Shown piece after piece: positions 23,330 to 36,201 of a DNA stretch of 64,000 nucleotides. Within the stretch, counting starts at the first letter, position 1. The number at the start of each line of letters is the position of its first letter. The translations under genes were made by a program, and so were the position numbers. The stretch comes from Spongospora subterranea f. sp. subterranea. Lineage: Eukaryota. Location: assembly GCA_049724395.1 (NCBI GenBank), contig JAUGWO010000155.1, positions 1-64,000 on the forward strand, written 5' to 3'. Below the pieces are notes generated by a model. It was not told where the DNA came from, did not search any database, and saw only the letters and a program-made list of their open reading frames with translations.

Positions 23330-25919
23330 TTACGCTCTAAAAACACTCTTGGCCTGTTTGGGGTCGAACGTGAATGTGCATGGCGATACCGTACAGAAAC
23401 CCGCCGAGATCTGTTGCCCGGGCTTGACATTCCGCTCGCTAACAGTCCCTTCCAGAATGAACGCGTTGCCCTCATATCTGGCCGTTCCACCCCAGGAATT
23501 CCCGATCGGACACGCCGACGACACCTCGATCCGGACCTGCCATCCTCGCGACACAACCGTCCCTGTGTTCCTGATCTTGATGTCGCCACATCCCCCTGTC
23601 AACGTCGCTGAAATCTCCCCTTCCCACGTCGTTTCCGCTGCATATTCGCGCGCCTGCCAACACAACCAGCTGCCAACTCAGCCACACCCGTTGACGATTG
23701 ATTTCACGACGAATGTCTCATTACCGTTCCCTGGGTGGTCGGGTAATATTTGGGACACGGTTTGCACGTCGTGACCGTCCCTTCGACGAACGCGCATCGG
23801 TTCGGGACGCAGTCGGTTGCCGGCGGGGTCGGGCAGCGCAGATACGGCAACCGGACCGCCTCGTCGATCGGCTTCGGGTCCTGGATCCACTGGATCAGCT
23901 GCTTCGGTGTGCCGAATACGACGCCACGATGTTGGGCCGCATACGCATAGAGGCGCTGCATTATCGCCACCCGATTGGGCGTCAGCCACTGAGAGAGGAA
24001 ATGACGTCAGGCGCCCGAAGGGCCAGAACCGTGTTGGGGTTTACCGTCCCGTGCAGCCAGATGTTGAACGGGGCTCGGTTGCCCTTGTAGCGGCTGTCGA
24101 AATTGTCGCGGAACAACGTGAACAGTTCTTCCCCGTCCAATGGCTGTCGGTGGGAGAGAGCGTCAACACACGATCGCAGACGATGAGCGCGATCGTGAAA
24201 TTACCGGGTCCATTTCGGAGGCGAATTGGGAATCGGGATGGGACAGGTCGACGTTGACTGTCATCGGCACCTCCCAAAGCCCACTGAATTCGATTCGGGT
24301 CGGCAAACCGGGAACTGAAATTACGGGGCGAAAGCGAGCGCTTACGGGAATGTGAGTTTGGGGCAGGACGGCATCATGCACTGTTGCTTGAGGCCGAAAT
24401 CCAGAGTGTAGGGCCATAGCCACTGGCCAACGCCCGTCTGACGGTCAACGCTACTCATGCCGGAATCGTGGCGCTCCACGACCGACGAATCGTACAGGGC
24501 GCGGTCCCTGTACAGGGCCGAGAACATGTTGTCGGAGTAGATGAGCCAGGGCGCGCGGTTGCCGACGATGTCGTCGCGCGTGGCGCCGGTCAGGAGCTCC
24601 GAGTAGTTGCGATTGGACGAGATCTGGTCGTACCATTCCTGATAGGTAAATGGGGTCGGGTTCAGATGATCCACTGTGTGTCCCGCCAATTCACTGTATT
24701 CGAAAGCATTTGGTCAGATTGGCCCGCTTGGCCCAGGTGGCCAGATGGAGAAAACAATCAACAGAAACGAAACATTGAACAGATCAAGGGCTGGGGAGGT
24801 GGGATGAGACGTCGTACCTGCCACGAGCTAAGGTCTTGTCGATCAGTTCATAATTAGTGTTGTCGTTCGTCAAAAACCAGGTCCTACCCAGCTCGTCAGA
24901 CGCCCATCGTAAAGAGACACAAAAACGAGAGAGCAAATTAAAAAAACAACGCAAATACGACTGAATATCACACAACCAATACGACGAAATCGACAACAAT
25001 TCACGATTCGCGCTGTCCACATGCAGATCTGTCGATTAGCCGGATCGAAACAGACAAAAATGGGATAAACAACATCGAATGGGTCGTACAATCTTGGCCA
25101 ACAGCCGGTCGCATCTCTGGCCTCGGTCTCGTAGATGAGCTTCTTGGCCAGATTCTCCCACATCTGCTCGTACAGGGCGTCGTCGAACGTGACGATCACG
25201 AACTGGGGTGTCTGGTCGGGCCGGAGACCGCCGGGAATATCGGTGCCGGCGCAGCGACAGAGCGGCGGGCGGCAGTTGGCTGGCGAGCACTTCCCGACCG
25301 AGCTGGCCAGCGGCAGATTATCCGGGTTGGCCACCGGCGCCGTCGATATTCCTTTCCACGCGTCCACGACGTTGTCGCCCGACATCCCCGGCGGCGCTGC
25401 GTTGCCCGTTCCGGGGCCGGGCGTCCCTGCGTTCGTCGTTGCCGCGCCTCCTGAGCATTTGGGGCGTCCAACGCGGCACTCGAGTTTCCCTGCGAATTCG
25501 AAACCGGAAAATTCGGGGTGTCGCGCGAGCGGGTTCGTGAGCTCGTTTTGGAATTTCGATAAAAAACTGGTTCCTTTCAGTGTGATCGTGACCATGGCGA
25601 TACCATCCGAGGAGACAGCGCCGCTGGAGGCGATATCGATTGGGTATTCCCCGGTCAGGTCTTCGACCACGGCGCCGACGTTCTTGGGAACGCCCTCGAA
25701 GAACAGGGTGGTCGTGGTGAACTTGGACGCTGGGCGGGTGAGGAAGTAGACGAGGAGGACGACGAGCAGCGTGGCGGTGATGGAGATCGCCGCGAATATG
25801 AACAGGCGCTGGCGCGATCGCGGTGCAGATTGGGCGGCAGGCGACTTCATCGGGGATGGAGGGATCTGGATCGGAACATGCTCCGGTTGAGGGTCAATCG
25901 GCATCGCTTCTTGCGCCAT
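23330..25919 (-). CDS. CE4 polysaccharide (chitin-type) deacetylase with N-terminal TM anchor and C-terminal CBM2-like domain (multi-exon)
   Basis: TM LFIFAAISITATLLVVLLVYFL; PQFVIVTFDDA; AGHTVDH; GNRAPWL..YDSS..LWPYTLD; GLWEVPM; tail GDIKIRNTG..GWQVRI..NSWGG..NVKPGQQISAGFC. Confidence 0.85.
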
Positions 25920-27137
25920 ATCGTTGGTGAGTTGTGTTTTGCGAATGAGGGTGTGCGTGTGTGTTGTGTGTGCATGAGTGGGTGAAGCAGAACCCGCCCC
26001 GGCCCGGGCCCCACGACGATCACCGAAACGACGAAAATATCTGGGAAGGGCGATTCTATTCACACACGGTTGGGACGGAATTGCGGAGATGGGCTGGGAA
26101 GGACGGGAAGAAGAACGACATAACGGGGGACAAGAACACATACACAGAGAGAGAGGGATCCCTCACCCGACTCGCGCACCAACAAGGTGGCGACCAAACG
26201 ACTTGCAGGGGAGATGACAGTGGTTACATCAGGTCAGGTGCCGATTCATCGAACGTTTCAACACCATTGTATTTCTTGATCGAAATGACCAGTCCCGTTG
26301 AGGGCACAGATTACCAAACGTGTGGGAACATGTGAACAGGAAATGGTGGGCGAAAGCCATCGCAGAGATGACATGGAATACAGCACAACTAAACATACAG
26401 ACAAGGAAGGTGGATTGACTGCAGAAAGGGGGTCTGAACAAGCAGTGTTATATATAGGTCATGGGACCTTCACTGCAATGAAATATGACACGATCTGACA
26501 AACAGAGCAGCCGAGAAGGTTCGACGCCGATCGTGAATAGTTGCTGGACGGCGATGATGGAAAACCAGATTGACCCAAGGGCGAAACCCTCGACAGCAGT
26601 TGCCTGGAGTGGATCTCGGGCGGAAAAATCGGAGCCACAGCGCTTTCAGCGACAGAACCGCAAACCCAAGCGAGGAGCCGTCTCCTCATTGCCCATCGCC
26701 GTCCAAGGGAAAACTGAAAACAACGCGCGTCGAGGTTCGTGGAATTGTGGGACGGTATATATAAGAGAATACTTCCTTTTTAAACATATTTTAGCTGTAT
26801 CAACAGCTAAATTGAGCAAACTAAAGTCTAACGCGCGCGAGTTTTTAGACCTGGAAAGAGATGATGACGAACGACGAGATTTGAGGGTCATTGCCAGATG
26901 GCGATACAGCAAACGACACGGCTGTGGTGTTCTAGCGCTATTGCTCCCAATACGATATCGGATTGTTTTTATTATGGATAAACTCAGAAGGGGATTCGAG
27001 TCAGGTGAGCGATAAGGTCGACATGGGGTTGTCGATTGACGTAGAAATGGTCGAGAACGGGAGTCCATTGGTTTGGTCGCCTATGGGATTCGGGCTCGGC
27101 ACCGATCCGGACAAACGAAAAAATAACGGCGGGTGGA

Positions 27138-28267
27138 TCATTTGTGGCGATTCTGCTGCTGGGCGAGGAGATATCGCACGATCGGGAGTAGGGCGACGTA
27201 GAGGACCCCACCAACCAATGGCACCGTCACCAACCATGCCAGAGCCGCAATCAGAAACCCTGCGGGCCCATTTTTACGACGATCAGCGAACGATGCTCAG
27301 ACAACGACGGGAGAATGCGATGCGAAATCGAGTAAAACAATGTCGAACGCGAAAATACATTCTTTACGAAAACGAGTAAAGTAAAACGGGTGTTCTGTGA
27401 TGAGATCAATATTACCGAATCCGAATTCAGTCATTGTTCCTATGAGGCTAACGGAGATGCTTTCCCGAACCATCTCGGGAGTCAACGCCAGAGGGACCGT
27501 CGTTCCGATCATGTATTCGCCCAGACGAAGATACGGGACCTGAGACAGCACCGATCACAAAACAGACGCGACGTCTGGGAAACGGATCGGAACGACAAAA
27601 TCGGCGAGGAAATAGAACGACGCGTGAAAAAACCGGGAACGAGTTTTGCGGGGCGATTCCGGCTGGCGATGTGGACGTACCAATAGCGCCATCTCGATCG
27701 GGGTCGTGATCGCGTTCACGAGTTGCATGGCCGCCATGTTTAACGAACGGAATAGGACACCGACCACCCCAACGATCACGAACGTCAACCTGAATTACCA
27801 GAGCCAGTTTATACATTTCTCCGGGGAGCTGGAACGGAGATTAAACCCACGAACGATAATCACAACATGGGCAATAAAACTGTCGGACACACAAATGAAA
27901 CGGAGTCGGAACAATTTGTTTTCAGGTCTGATGGGGCACATCTCGGTATGTGTGGGTGTTTTGCTGAAATGGCGCCATACCCAACCAATGGGCATATACC
28001 GATAGTCAGACCGACCGCTATACTGGCCGTCAATCGCTCGGCCGTGATCTCCTGCATCATCACCTTGACGACGGCGCCCTTGGCCGACTGCCATCGGGAC
28101 CAGGCCCAGGTTCGCGCGCGGTCCAGGGCGCCCTCGCTCTCCGCCTTCGCGACGGCCATCTCGACGTCGCCGTCCCGTCCCGCCGGCGTCCCAGTGCCGA
28201 CGGCGCAACGATGGCCCAGGGGGGACGGTGACGGCGTTACCACCGTAGCGCCATGGACGAGTCGCAT
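27138..28267 (-). CDS. DUF2062-like membrane protein (multi-exon)
   Basis: QEITAERLTASIAVGLTIGICPLVG; NMAAMQLVNAITTPIEMALL; YLRLGEYM; last exon FLIAALAWLVTVPLVGGVLYVALLPIVRYLL, stop at 27138. Confidence 0.6.
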
Positions 28268-29907
28268 GGTTGTCTGGCACGGCTGTGTGTGGGTCTCATC
28301 ACAGGTTCAGTCGACACGTGTTCGATAGTATGGCGCCATGTCGCCTGGCGCTAGGCACGACCGGTCTGGGCCGCTCCAGAGGATGGTGATTGGCGTCTTG
28401 GCGACGGCGCCATAGGCCAGTATGGCATAAAGGGGGACAGAACCGTGCACACTGGTGATCGTGTGAAAATTGGGGATCATTAAAATAAACGGGATCGGAA
28501 ATATTGATTTTGCGCCAGGCCGAATGTGACGAAAGGCGAATCGGGTACATTCAGCTGGCGAACAGAACGGAATGAGAGAGAGAGAGGGTGAAGCCGAGTT
28601 GGGCCCATGTTATTAGTGTATTTGGATTCCGCTGCCCTGATGATGAATGATGAGCAGTGCGCCAGATGGAACTGACCCGCAATCGCGGTGGTTCACCTGT
28701 CACCAAAAAACAGCCGAACCGAAAACGAAATTTTGCCGAGGCCGAAAAAAAATCACCGTCATTCGCCACACAATTCTGCTCATGACCCCCAGTTTACATT
28801 CGTGAATCCGATTTCCTTCGCCGAAAACAACAGGAAATGTCGATGCGTCTTTTGTTGAGTGCCCCGGTAAAGCCACGATGGACGGATTCGTCCACGCAAA
28901 ATTTTCCGTCGAGCGTATCGACAAGACGCATCGACATCGTGAATCGGCGGGCGCGAGTCAGATTCGGTCTAGAGCGAAACAATTTCGAGTGATGGGAGGG
29001 TGTTCGCCTTCAGCTGGATTTCGGCTGTTGTTGCGTTGTTGGCCAAACAGGTGAGCCACCGCGCCTGGGCTCAATTCCGCATGGGGACATTGTTCGAATC
29101 CACCAGTACGGCGGAGTCGTCGTTCACCCAACTCCCGCGACATCCTGTCTGAAAAACCCGATGACGGGGCCTGTTGTCTGGACCGGCGGAAACCTCACAA
29201 ATGTTGTTCGTCGTCGAGTTGACCCGGTTTCGACACAACAACAATGCGATAATTCGTTGCCAGGACGAGGGAGATCGTCTCCCGAGAACGAAAGAAGAAC
29301 GCGGCGACAATTCGGGGTGGCAGATGACCGAACGCGACCGCCTCCGTGTTTGGACTCAAACTGGTTTATCCTCAGCAAATAGACAGACCACAGATAGGTT
29401 CAGGTTTGGCCCTCAACCAATTTATTCGGAGCGCCGCCATTGTCAAAATTATGATTCGGCGGACTGCGAGCGTGCTGTGGAGGTGCGGAAATAAACAGGA
29501 ATAAATTCCTCAAACCACAAACCTTATCAAACCGGATTTTCTGGGGTTTCTTCCAAAATCAGGTTTTTCAAAAACAAAACTCAAGAAACGTCCTTGTCGA
29601 GCGCGGGTCACCACGGAGTACCAGGCGAAGGCCCCGCTTGGCCACGCACCACATGATCACGGTCACGCCGTAAGGAAACCGAGCGCGTGGCCTCCATGGA
29701 GGCCCTGATCACTGGCACACAGTTACCTGACTGGGGAGGTGCGTGAAGGCTCCGCGCCATTACCAATGGGCCGAGGCCGAGCTCCACTGTCCACAACACT
29801 GGTCCAGTGAACGCCGAACAGGCGCGCAGCCCGTTCAGATCCTAGTGCGATTGTCTCAGAGACGATATCACAATCATATCGGGCCCTGTTTTGAATTCTG
29901 TTTAATC

Positions 29908-32019
29908 ATGAGCACTGTTAAAGGTAATTCGTTCGTAGTTTCGGAGCGATCTTGCACGATCGGGGCCGTCTACTGACTAGTCCGCTGTAGTATCGGTAAA
30001 ATGGCAGAGCGAAGTGTTTAACGATGTGGAAGTGGATCAATCCTCCCCAATCGAGCTCCTAAATGCTCAGCTTTTTGGCCTGACCAATGTCCCACCGGAA
30101 CGTCAGAAGATCATGTTGAAAGGCAGAATATTGAAAGTATATTTCCCGGACGGATTCGGATGTTGAATGGCGCGTAGCTGAGTCAGGGTTTTTTCTGCAC
30201 AGACCGATGGCGATATCGCCAGAATTGGGGACGGCGGACGACTTGTCCTAATGGGCAGCGCAGATGAGCTTGTCGCCGCTCCAACGACCGCCGTCTTATT
30301 CGAAGAGGATCTTACCGATTCTCAACGAGCGAATTTTGGAACTGTATTGATTCGCGAAACAAACCATACTTTTTTTTAAGTCAATTCGCAGGTCGACGTC
30401 CCGTGTGGTTTGCGGAATCTGGGCAATACATGTTATCTCAACTCGGCAATCGAATGTTTCCGTGCGATTCCGGAATTGAAAGTAATGGCATCGTTCAGTA
30501 GCAATGTTCTTCGTTAAATTATCGATTCAGGAAAATTTGATCACTTACGGCGGAGGTGGCGATGCGACCCGCTTTGACTCAGCCGGTTCTACGTCCGCTC
30601 CAAATCCCATCGTAGCGAAAATGGGGCAAATGATGCGCTCGTTAGACAATTCAGTTGACGCTGTGGCCCCCTTAGCCTTCCTGACGGTATGTTCGCTAAT
30701 AGTTTTATTTGTGGGTTTATTTTTCCGATATCGGTAAATTTCTAGGCGTTTCGAGAAGGATTTCCTCAGTTCGCCCAACGTACTGCAAATGGTTACTCAC
30801 AACAAGACGCTGATGAATCACTTACTCAGATTCTTTATTCTTTACAACAGGTTTGTTTTCGTTGTCTTCTTCTTTGTTGCGTATAATCACAATTTGGTTC
30901 AGGTTATGAAGAAGTTTCCATCAGAACCATCAGTTACTGCGTCATCTGGAATAAATGGGATGTTCAAAGGCTACATGGAGTCTAGAATCACTTGCAATGA
31001 AATGCAAGAGGAAGAGAAGCAATCGAGCGATATTGCGCCCGAAGTGAAGTCTCATGAATTTACCAAGGTTTTTCACCCTGAAAAAGGTATAATTTTCTAC
31101 GTTGCTGACCATAACCTAGCTGTGCTGTCACATCTCCAATGAAACAAACCACCTTACGGATGGGTTGCAGGCAGCCCTGTCGGAAACTATTGAGAAACAT
31201 TCACCGGTGCTAAATCGCAACGCCTTGTTTACGAAAGTCGACCGAATATCACAACTTCCTCCTTATCTGATTGTCCAGTTTGTTCGATTTTTTTGGTACG
31301 GTCTGTCATTCATGGCGATTTTTTCAACGTCGACTAATATTTCTCATCAGGAAGAAAGATACACAAAAGAAAGCCAAAATCCTGCGGGTAATAGTGTTAA
31401 TGCGATGCTTTATGTTTTAAGTCTAAATCTCTACAGAAAGTTGTGTTTCCAATGCGACTGGACGTGTTCCAGTATTGCACTACCGAGCTTCAAGCTAAGC
31501 TTTCAGCTCATCGTGATGAAGCTGACAAAAAGTTTGAAGCTGAACAAGCTGCCAAAGAAAGTGCTCCACTGGAGTTCAAGAGCAAGAAAGGTTGGGTTTT
31601 GTTCAAGGACTTTTGTAAGCTAATAGTTTTCGCTAGAAATCGAAGCCGAAGTCAAGCCAGCGATAACTGTCAATCCTAGGCTATGCGTTGATTCCGGAAT
31701 GTACGAATTATTTGCCTTAGTGACTCATAAGGTCCGTCAAGCAGAACATCGATATCTTGATTCGAATTCCTAATGTTGTTTAGGGCCGTGCCGCTGATTC
31801 AGGCCATTATATCGGCTGGGCACGTGGACCCAATAAAGGTGAATGGTTCCAATACGACGACGATGTCGTCACCAAACAAAAGGACGACGACATTCAGAAA
31901 CTGTAAACTATGTGGTTCTTGCGTCAGTATCTCTGCTGATGTTTTGAAACAGGTTTGGCGGTGGTGATTGGCATATGGCGTACCTTTGCTTTTATCGGGC
32001 AACTACCTGGAGAGCCTGA
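29908..32019 (+). CDS. USP14: Proteasome-associated deubiquitinase USP14/Ubp6 (multi-exon)
   Basis: UBL N-terminus (SVKWQ..LTNVPPERQKIMLKG); Cys box GLRNLGNTCYLNSAIEC; LPPYLIVQFVRFFW; HKGRAADSGHYIGW; GGGDWHMAY. Confidence 0.93.
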
Positions 32020-32179
32020 ATGATCGCTGCCCCTATTTCAACCGTCATTTTCCAATAAATCATTGCGTTATTTACCTATGGGAACTTGTCATGGATACAC
32101 AAGTTGTGTCCAGTACTCCATCTACGTACTCACGGATTATCGGATTGGTTCCTTGTCAGGGGGATCTGTCGTCGTCGCC

Positions 32180-33804
32180 ATGATGGGTCGTCTGCTAAAC
32201 ACCCAGCTACGACGATTGTCCGGCGCCGAGTTATCTGTCGGGGGCAGTAAAATCTGCCCCGACAGCGGATCATCGATGCATTGGAATCCAGCAGGGTCTC
32301 TACATGTTTGACGGATGCGCTCCTGGCCAAGCGTTTATGTTACCGCACGGTACAGCGTTAACGTAATGCCGATTTCGACAACAGCGCCACTGAAACCCGC
32401 ATTAGGGACCCGAATTTTCAATCGCTTGATCGAGATGATGCGCGATCTCTATCAGACACACGGCTACGATGAGTTGGTCACCCCTTTAATTTTCCAGAAA
32501 CGCCTCTGGAAAACGAGCGGGCACGATGAACATTATGAGTCGGAAATGTTTGGCATCCGACGAAGGCGCCAGGAAGAACAATGTGACAATTCAGGCCCAG
32601 TTTTTCTGTTCAGATTACTAAGTTTGGACAATAGCGGGGAGTGATGATGACGAAACGAGATCATCGTGGAGCCTCAAGCCCATGAATTGCCCAGCTCATT
32701 GTACCGTCTTCGGAGCGCAATCCTGGTCCTATCGGCAACTTCCTATCAGATATGCAGAATTCAGCCCGCTCCACAGGTAGATTCTGATGCTGAACATTCA
32801 TTTATGTTTTCACAATCTTCTCAAAAGGGACGAAGCCAGCGGTGCACTTTCAGGCCTAACTCGTGATATCACATGGTTTTTGCGTTTGTCTATTGTTTAT
32901 AATGTATTCGTAGGGTTAAGGCGCTTTCATCAAGATGACGCACATATTTTTTGCCGAGAAAATCAAGTACAATCAGAGATCAAATCTTGTCTCTCGATGA
33001 TCGACCAGGTGCACTGACAGATCGTTCTACGGTCAACGGTATTGACTGTCTCCACAGGTCTACTCGAGATTTGGCTTTTCTTATGAGCTGGCGCTTTCAA
33101 CCAGGCCAACAGGGTACCTTGGAGACCTTTCAAAGTGGACGTACGCGGAAGCTTCGTTGCGGCACGCTCTAGATGGTTCCGATAAAAACTTCATCATTAA
33201 TGTGGGAGACGGCGCTTTCTATGGACCCAAAATTGATTGCCGTATTACCGATTCTCTCGGGCGGGCACATCAATGCGGAACGATTCAGCTCGATTTCAAT
33301 CTGCCGGAAAGGTTCAACCTGAAATATACGGATGAGGTCCCCCATACTTTTTCCTGACATCACCTTGTCGGTTGCTCATCGTTATTATAGAACGGAACAC
33401 ATCAGGCCCCGGTATTAGTTCATCGTGCCATTCTGGGCTCAATCGAAAGGATGATGTCGATGTTAGCTGAGCATTACCTCGGTGCTTGGCCACTCTGGCT
33501 AAGCCCCCGTCAAGTTTGTGTTCTACCTGTTTCAGCACCGTTTTCTGCTTATGCCGAGACGGTTGTCAACAACTTACGTCGGAACAAAATCTTCGCGGAT
33601 ATCGATTCCGCCGATATTCCATTAGGAAAACGCCTAAGAAATCTTCAGAATCTACAGTACAACTACATTGTTGTCGTTGGTGCTAATGAGCAAGACCAAG
33701 GGACAGTCAGCGTTAAGGCTCGAGGAGCACAAGGAAACTTGACGACGACGTCCATACAACAGTTCACATCCGAAGTCTTACAAGCTATTGCTAATAAAAG
33801 CTAG
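32180..33804 (+). CDS. TARS2: Threonyl-tRNA synthetase, short organellar (mitochondrial) type (multi-exon)
   Basis: Transit-like N-terminus; [66 protein letters not shown]. Confidence 0.9.
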
Positions 33805-33849
33805 ATACGCTTTTCCTAACCAGAAGGAACCATATGGCAGAATTCGGGT

Positions 33850-36201
33850 TTATGAGGTAAACGCAGAACTCAATGCGCGCCGCACATGGCTCACAAAGCT
33901 CTGCATATGTATGTCTTCCAGGGAAACTAGAACCTCCAAATTATACTTAGTCAATATCTCTGGGTCGGGCCTATGCGCCTTTGCCTTATCCCAGTCATCC
34001 ATATAATCCCAAGCGCACTTCGAGTGTCTTAAGTAGGACGCTAACATGTCAGCCAGTTTTGGTGGCAGAGAAAGTGAGATATCCTGAAGCAGCCAAAGTT
34101 GATGAACCGCAAAACGCAGACCAGGCCAAAACAAGACATACGGATTCAATTGCCGGCGAGTTAGGATTCGCCGAAGCTGCATTTCTTGCTTGGTGTGCTT
34201 TCACGTGGGATAGCAGTTGGTTTGCTTGAACTGTAAAGTCTTTCCTTTTGACTTGCGTTGCTCGGTAAAGAGCAGCAGCACAGCACTCGTACCTGCCAAT
34301 TTTTTTAACAAAAAAGCACTGAAAGATTAGCACATAACCAACCCAATGCTAGCATTGTAACGGCACCCGGCATTCTTGTAGATGTGGATGATATTTCCAA
34401 AATATTGCGCTGTGTTCTGGTATGAGTGAACGCAAGAATACATCTGCAAGCAAGCTGAGCGATTCTGGCCACAAAAGGTAATTGTCATAGTTACTTCGGC
34501 GGCTTCGAGAAACTTCAAACCAGCCGACATATACATCTCCTGCTTCTTGGACCAGCCTTCAGAAAGAGGGGCCTAAACCGATATTGTTACACAACTTAAA
34601 CACTGCAAAAAAATCGGAAACAGCCTGCCTCTTTTTTCATTCTATCAGCCAGCCTCTTTAGTTTCACCGCATCTTTCCACTTCGAACTCTGCTGTACCTG
34701 CTGCGATTGGTTCGAATGGCCAACGGTTGGACTTTCCATCGGTATTCCAACAGAGGGACTGGCCGAGGAGCATATATTGGCCGGAGAAGAGCTGATGCCA
34801 AATTTACTGCTAACGCTGGGAGCCGACCCTTGTGTTTCAGCAGATAGCGGCGCAGATCTAGGACGAGGTGGAACTGGAGGCAGATCTAGCCCAGATCTTC
34901 TCCTCACAGATGATCGGTCATCGCTCTGATGGCGACGTCCTGGAGATATTGACCTTCGGATATTGTTGGAGCTATTCCTGCTTCGATCATGATCTAATTG
35001 ACAAAGCTCAGAATCATTTTGATATGTATAAAGCTTGGCAAACCTCGTCCTTTGTCGTCCCTAGTTGGACTCCTTCGATCCTGTTTGATTTGATAAATTT
35101 AAGTTACATAAAAATCGACGAAAAGAGCCATACCGAACTAGAATGCCGCATGGACCCCCGTGAATCCCGGCGATCATCACCGTCAGAATTGCGATCATCA
35201 CGAGAATAATGACGCTCATCGCGGCGACTTGATCCTCTCTCGTCCCGAATGGGATCTCGGTCATCATGGGCGGTTTTCCTTCCGTCATGATGGGAAAACC
35301 TTTCTTTACTGTCGTGATAGCTGTCACTACGATCCCGACCACAACTCCTACGTCGATCTGATTCTTTGTCGCGAAAATCATTATATTTTTCAGTTCGGGT
35401 AGATGGCCTATCCTCGTAGACTTGACGATGAGATGTTTCGTCATAAGCTGAGTTAAATCTGTCAATCCTGTTAAGTGACCGGGAAGCTTTCGGAATCGGA
35501 TCTGTATCCATTGGAGACACGTCGCGACTATGATGAACCGAACGCCTTATATCTTCTGGCGCATGCTCGGACTTGGATAACAATTGAACCGTTTGCCTAT
35601 CCAGATGCGTTTTATCTGCCCTGACAGTTGATGTCGCAACAGGCATTTCGTCAGGTAAAGGAGCGCAGACACTACCTCCTGGAACCCCAACTTCAGGCGC
35701 CGGAGGAACAGCGTCCTTATCAACAAGCTGTCCTTCTTCATCAGAATCTTCAAGTCCACTCGAATCATCGTCCAGTTCGAGTTTCGGGCACGACATTTGA
35801 GCAATTTTCAGCGCCTCAGCGAACGTTGTTTTCTGATGAGCGGAGATAAATTCTCGAGAACGGGCACAACCATCATGAATGACTGGAGAAAGTGCTCCAC
35901 CACCTAAGTCGCCCATTTCCGCAAATATCTTACTAACTTGGTAATCCTCGGCAATTTTTAGACGAGCGACAGCCTCTTCATCAACAGATTTCGGCTCTTC
36001 TGGCTTTAGTCGGTGTCTGGCTTTTTTCATCAAAGGTTGGGAACTTTTCGATGGGGCAACGGAAGCAGACGGGGGCCTCCAGTCTAGGATGCCGCCATGT
36101 GGATCCGAGGTATGATTGCTGCCTTCCTTCCCAGATGAACTGGCGAACAATCGGTCCAATCTTTGTTCTATCGTCAAAGGAGAAGACATTGTGCTGCACA
36201 T
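33850..36201 (-). CDS. Low-complexity nuclear protein with C-terminal AF4/FMR2 CHD-like helical domain (multi-exon)
   Basis: Long S/D/R-rich region, then KDAVKLKRLADRMKKE..YMSAGLKFLEAA..ALYRATQVKRK..WDYMDDWDKA..MQSFVSHVRRAL, matching from memory the AFF C-terminal homology domain pattern. Confidence 0.55.

Noticed and set aside
22888..26335. Many overlapping antisense ORFs in the GC-rich region
   Set aside because: They are shadow frames of the real genes, expected at high GC.
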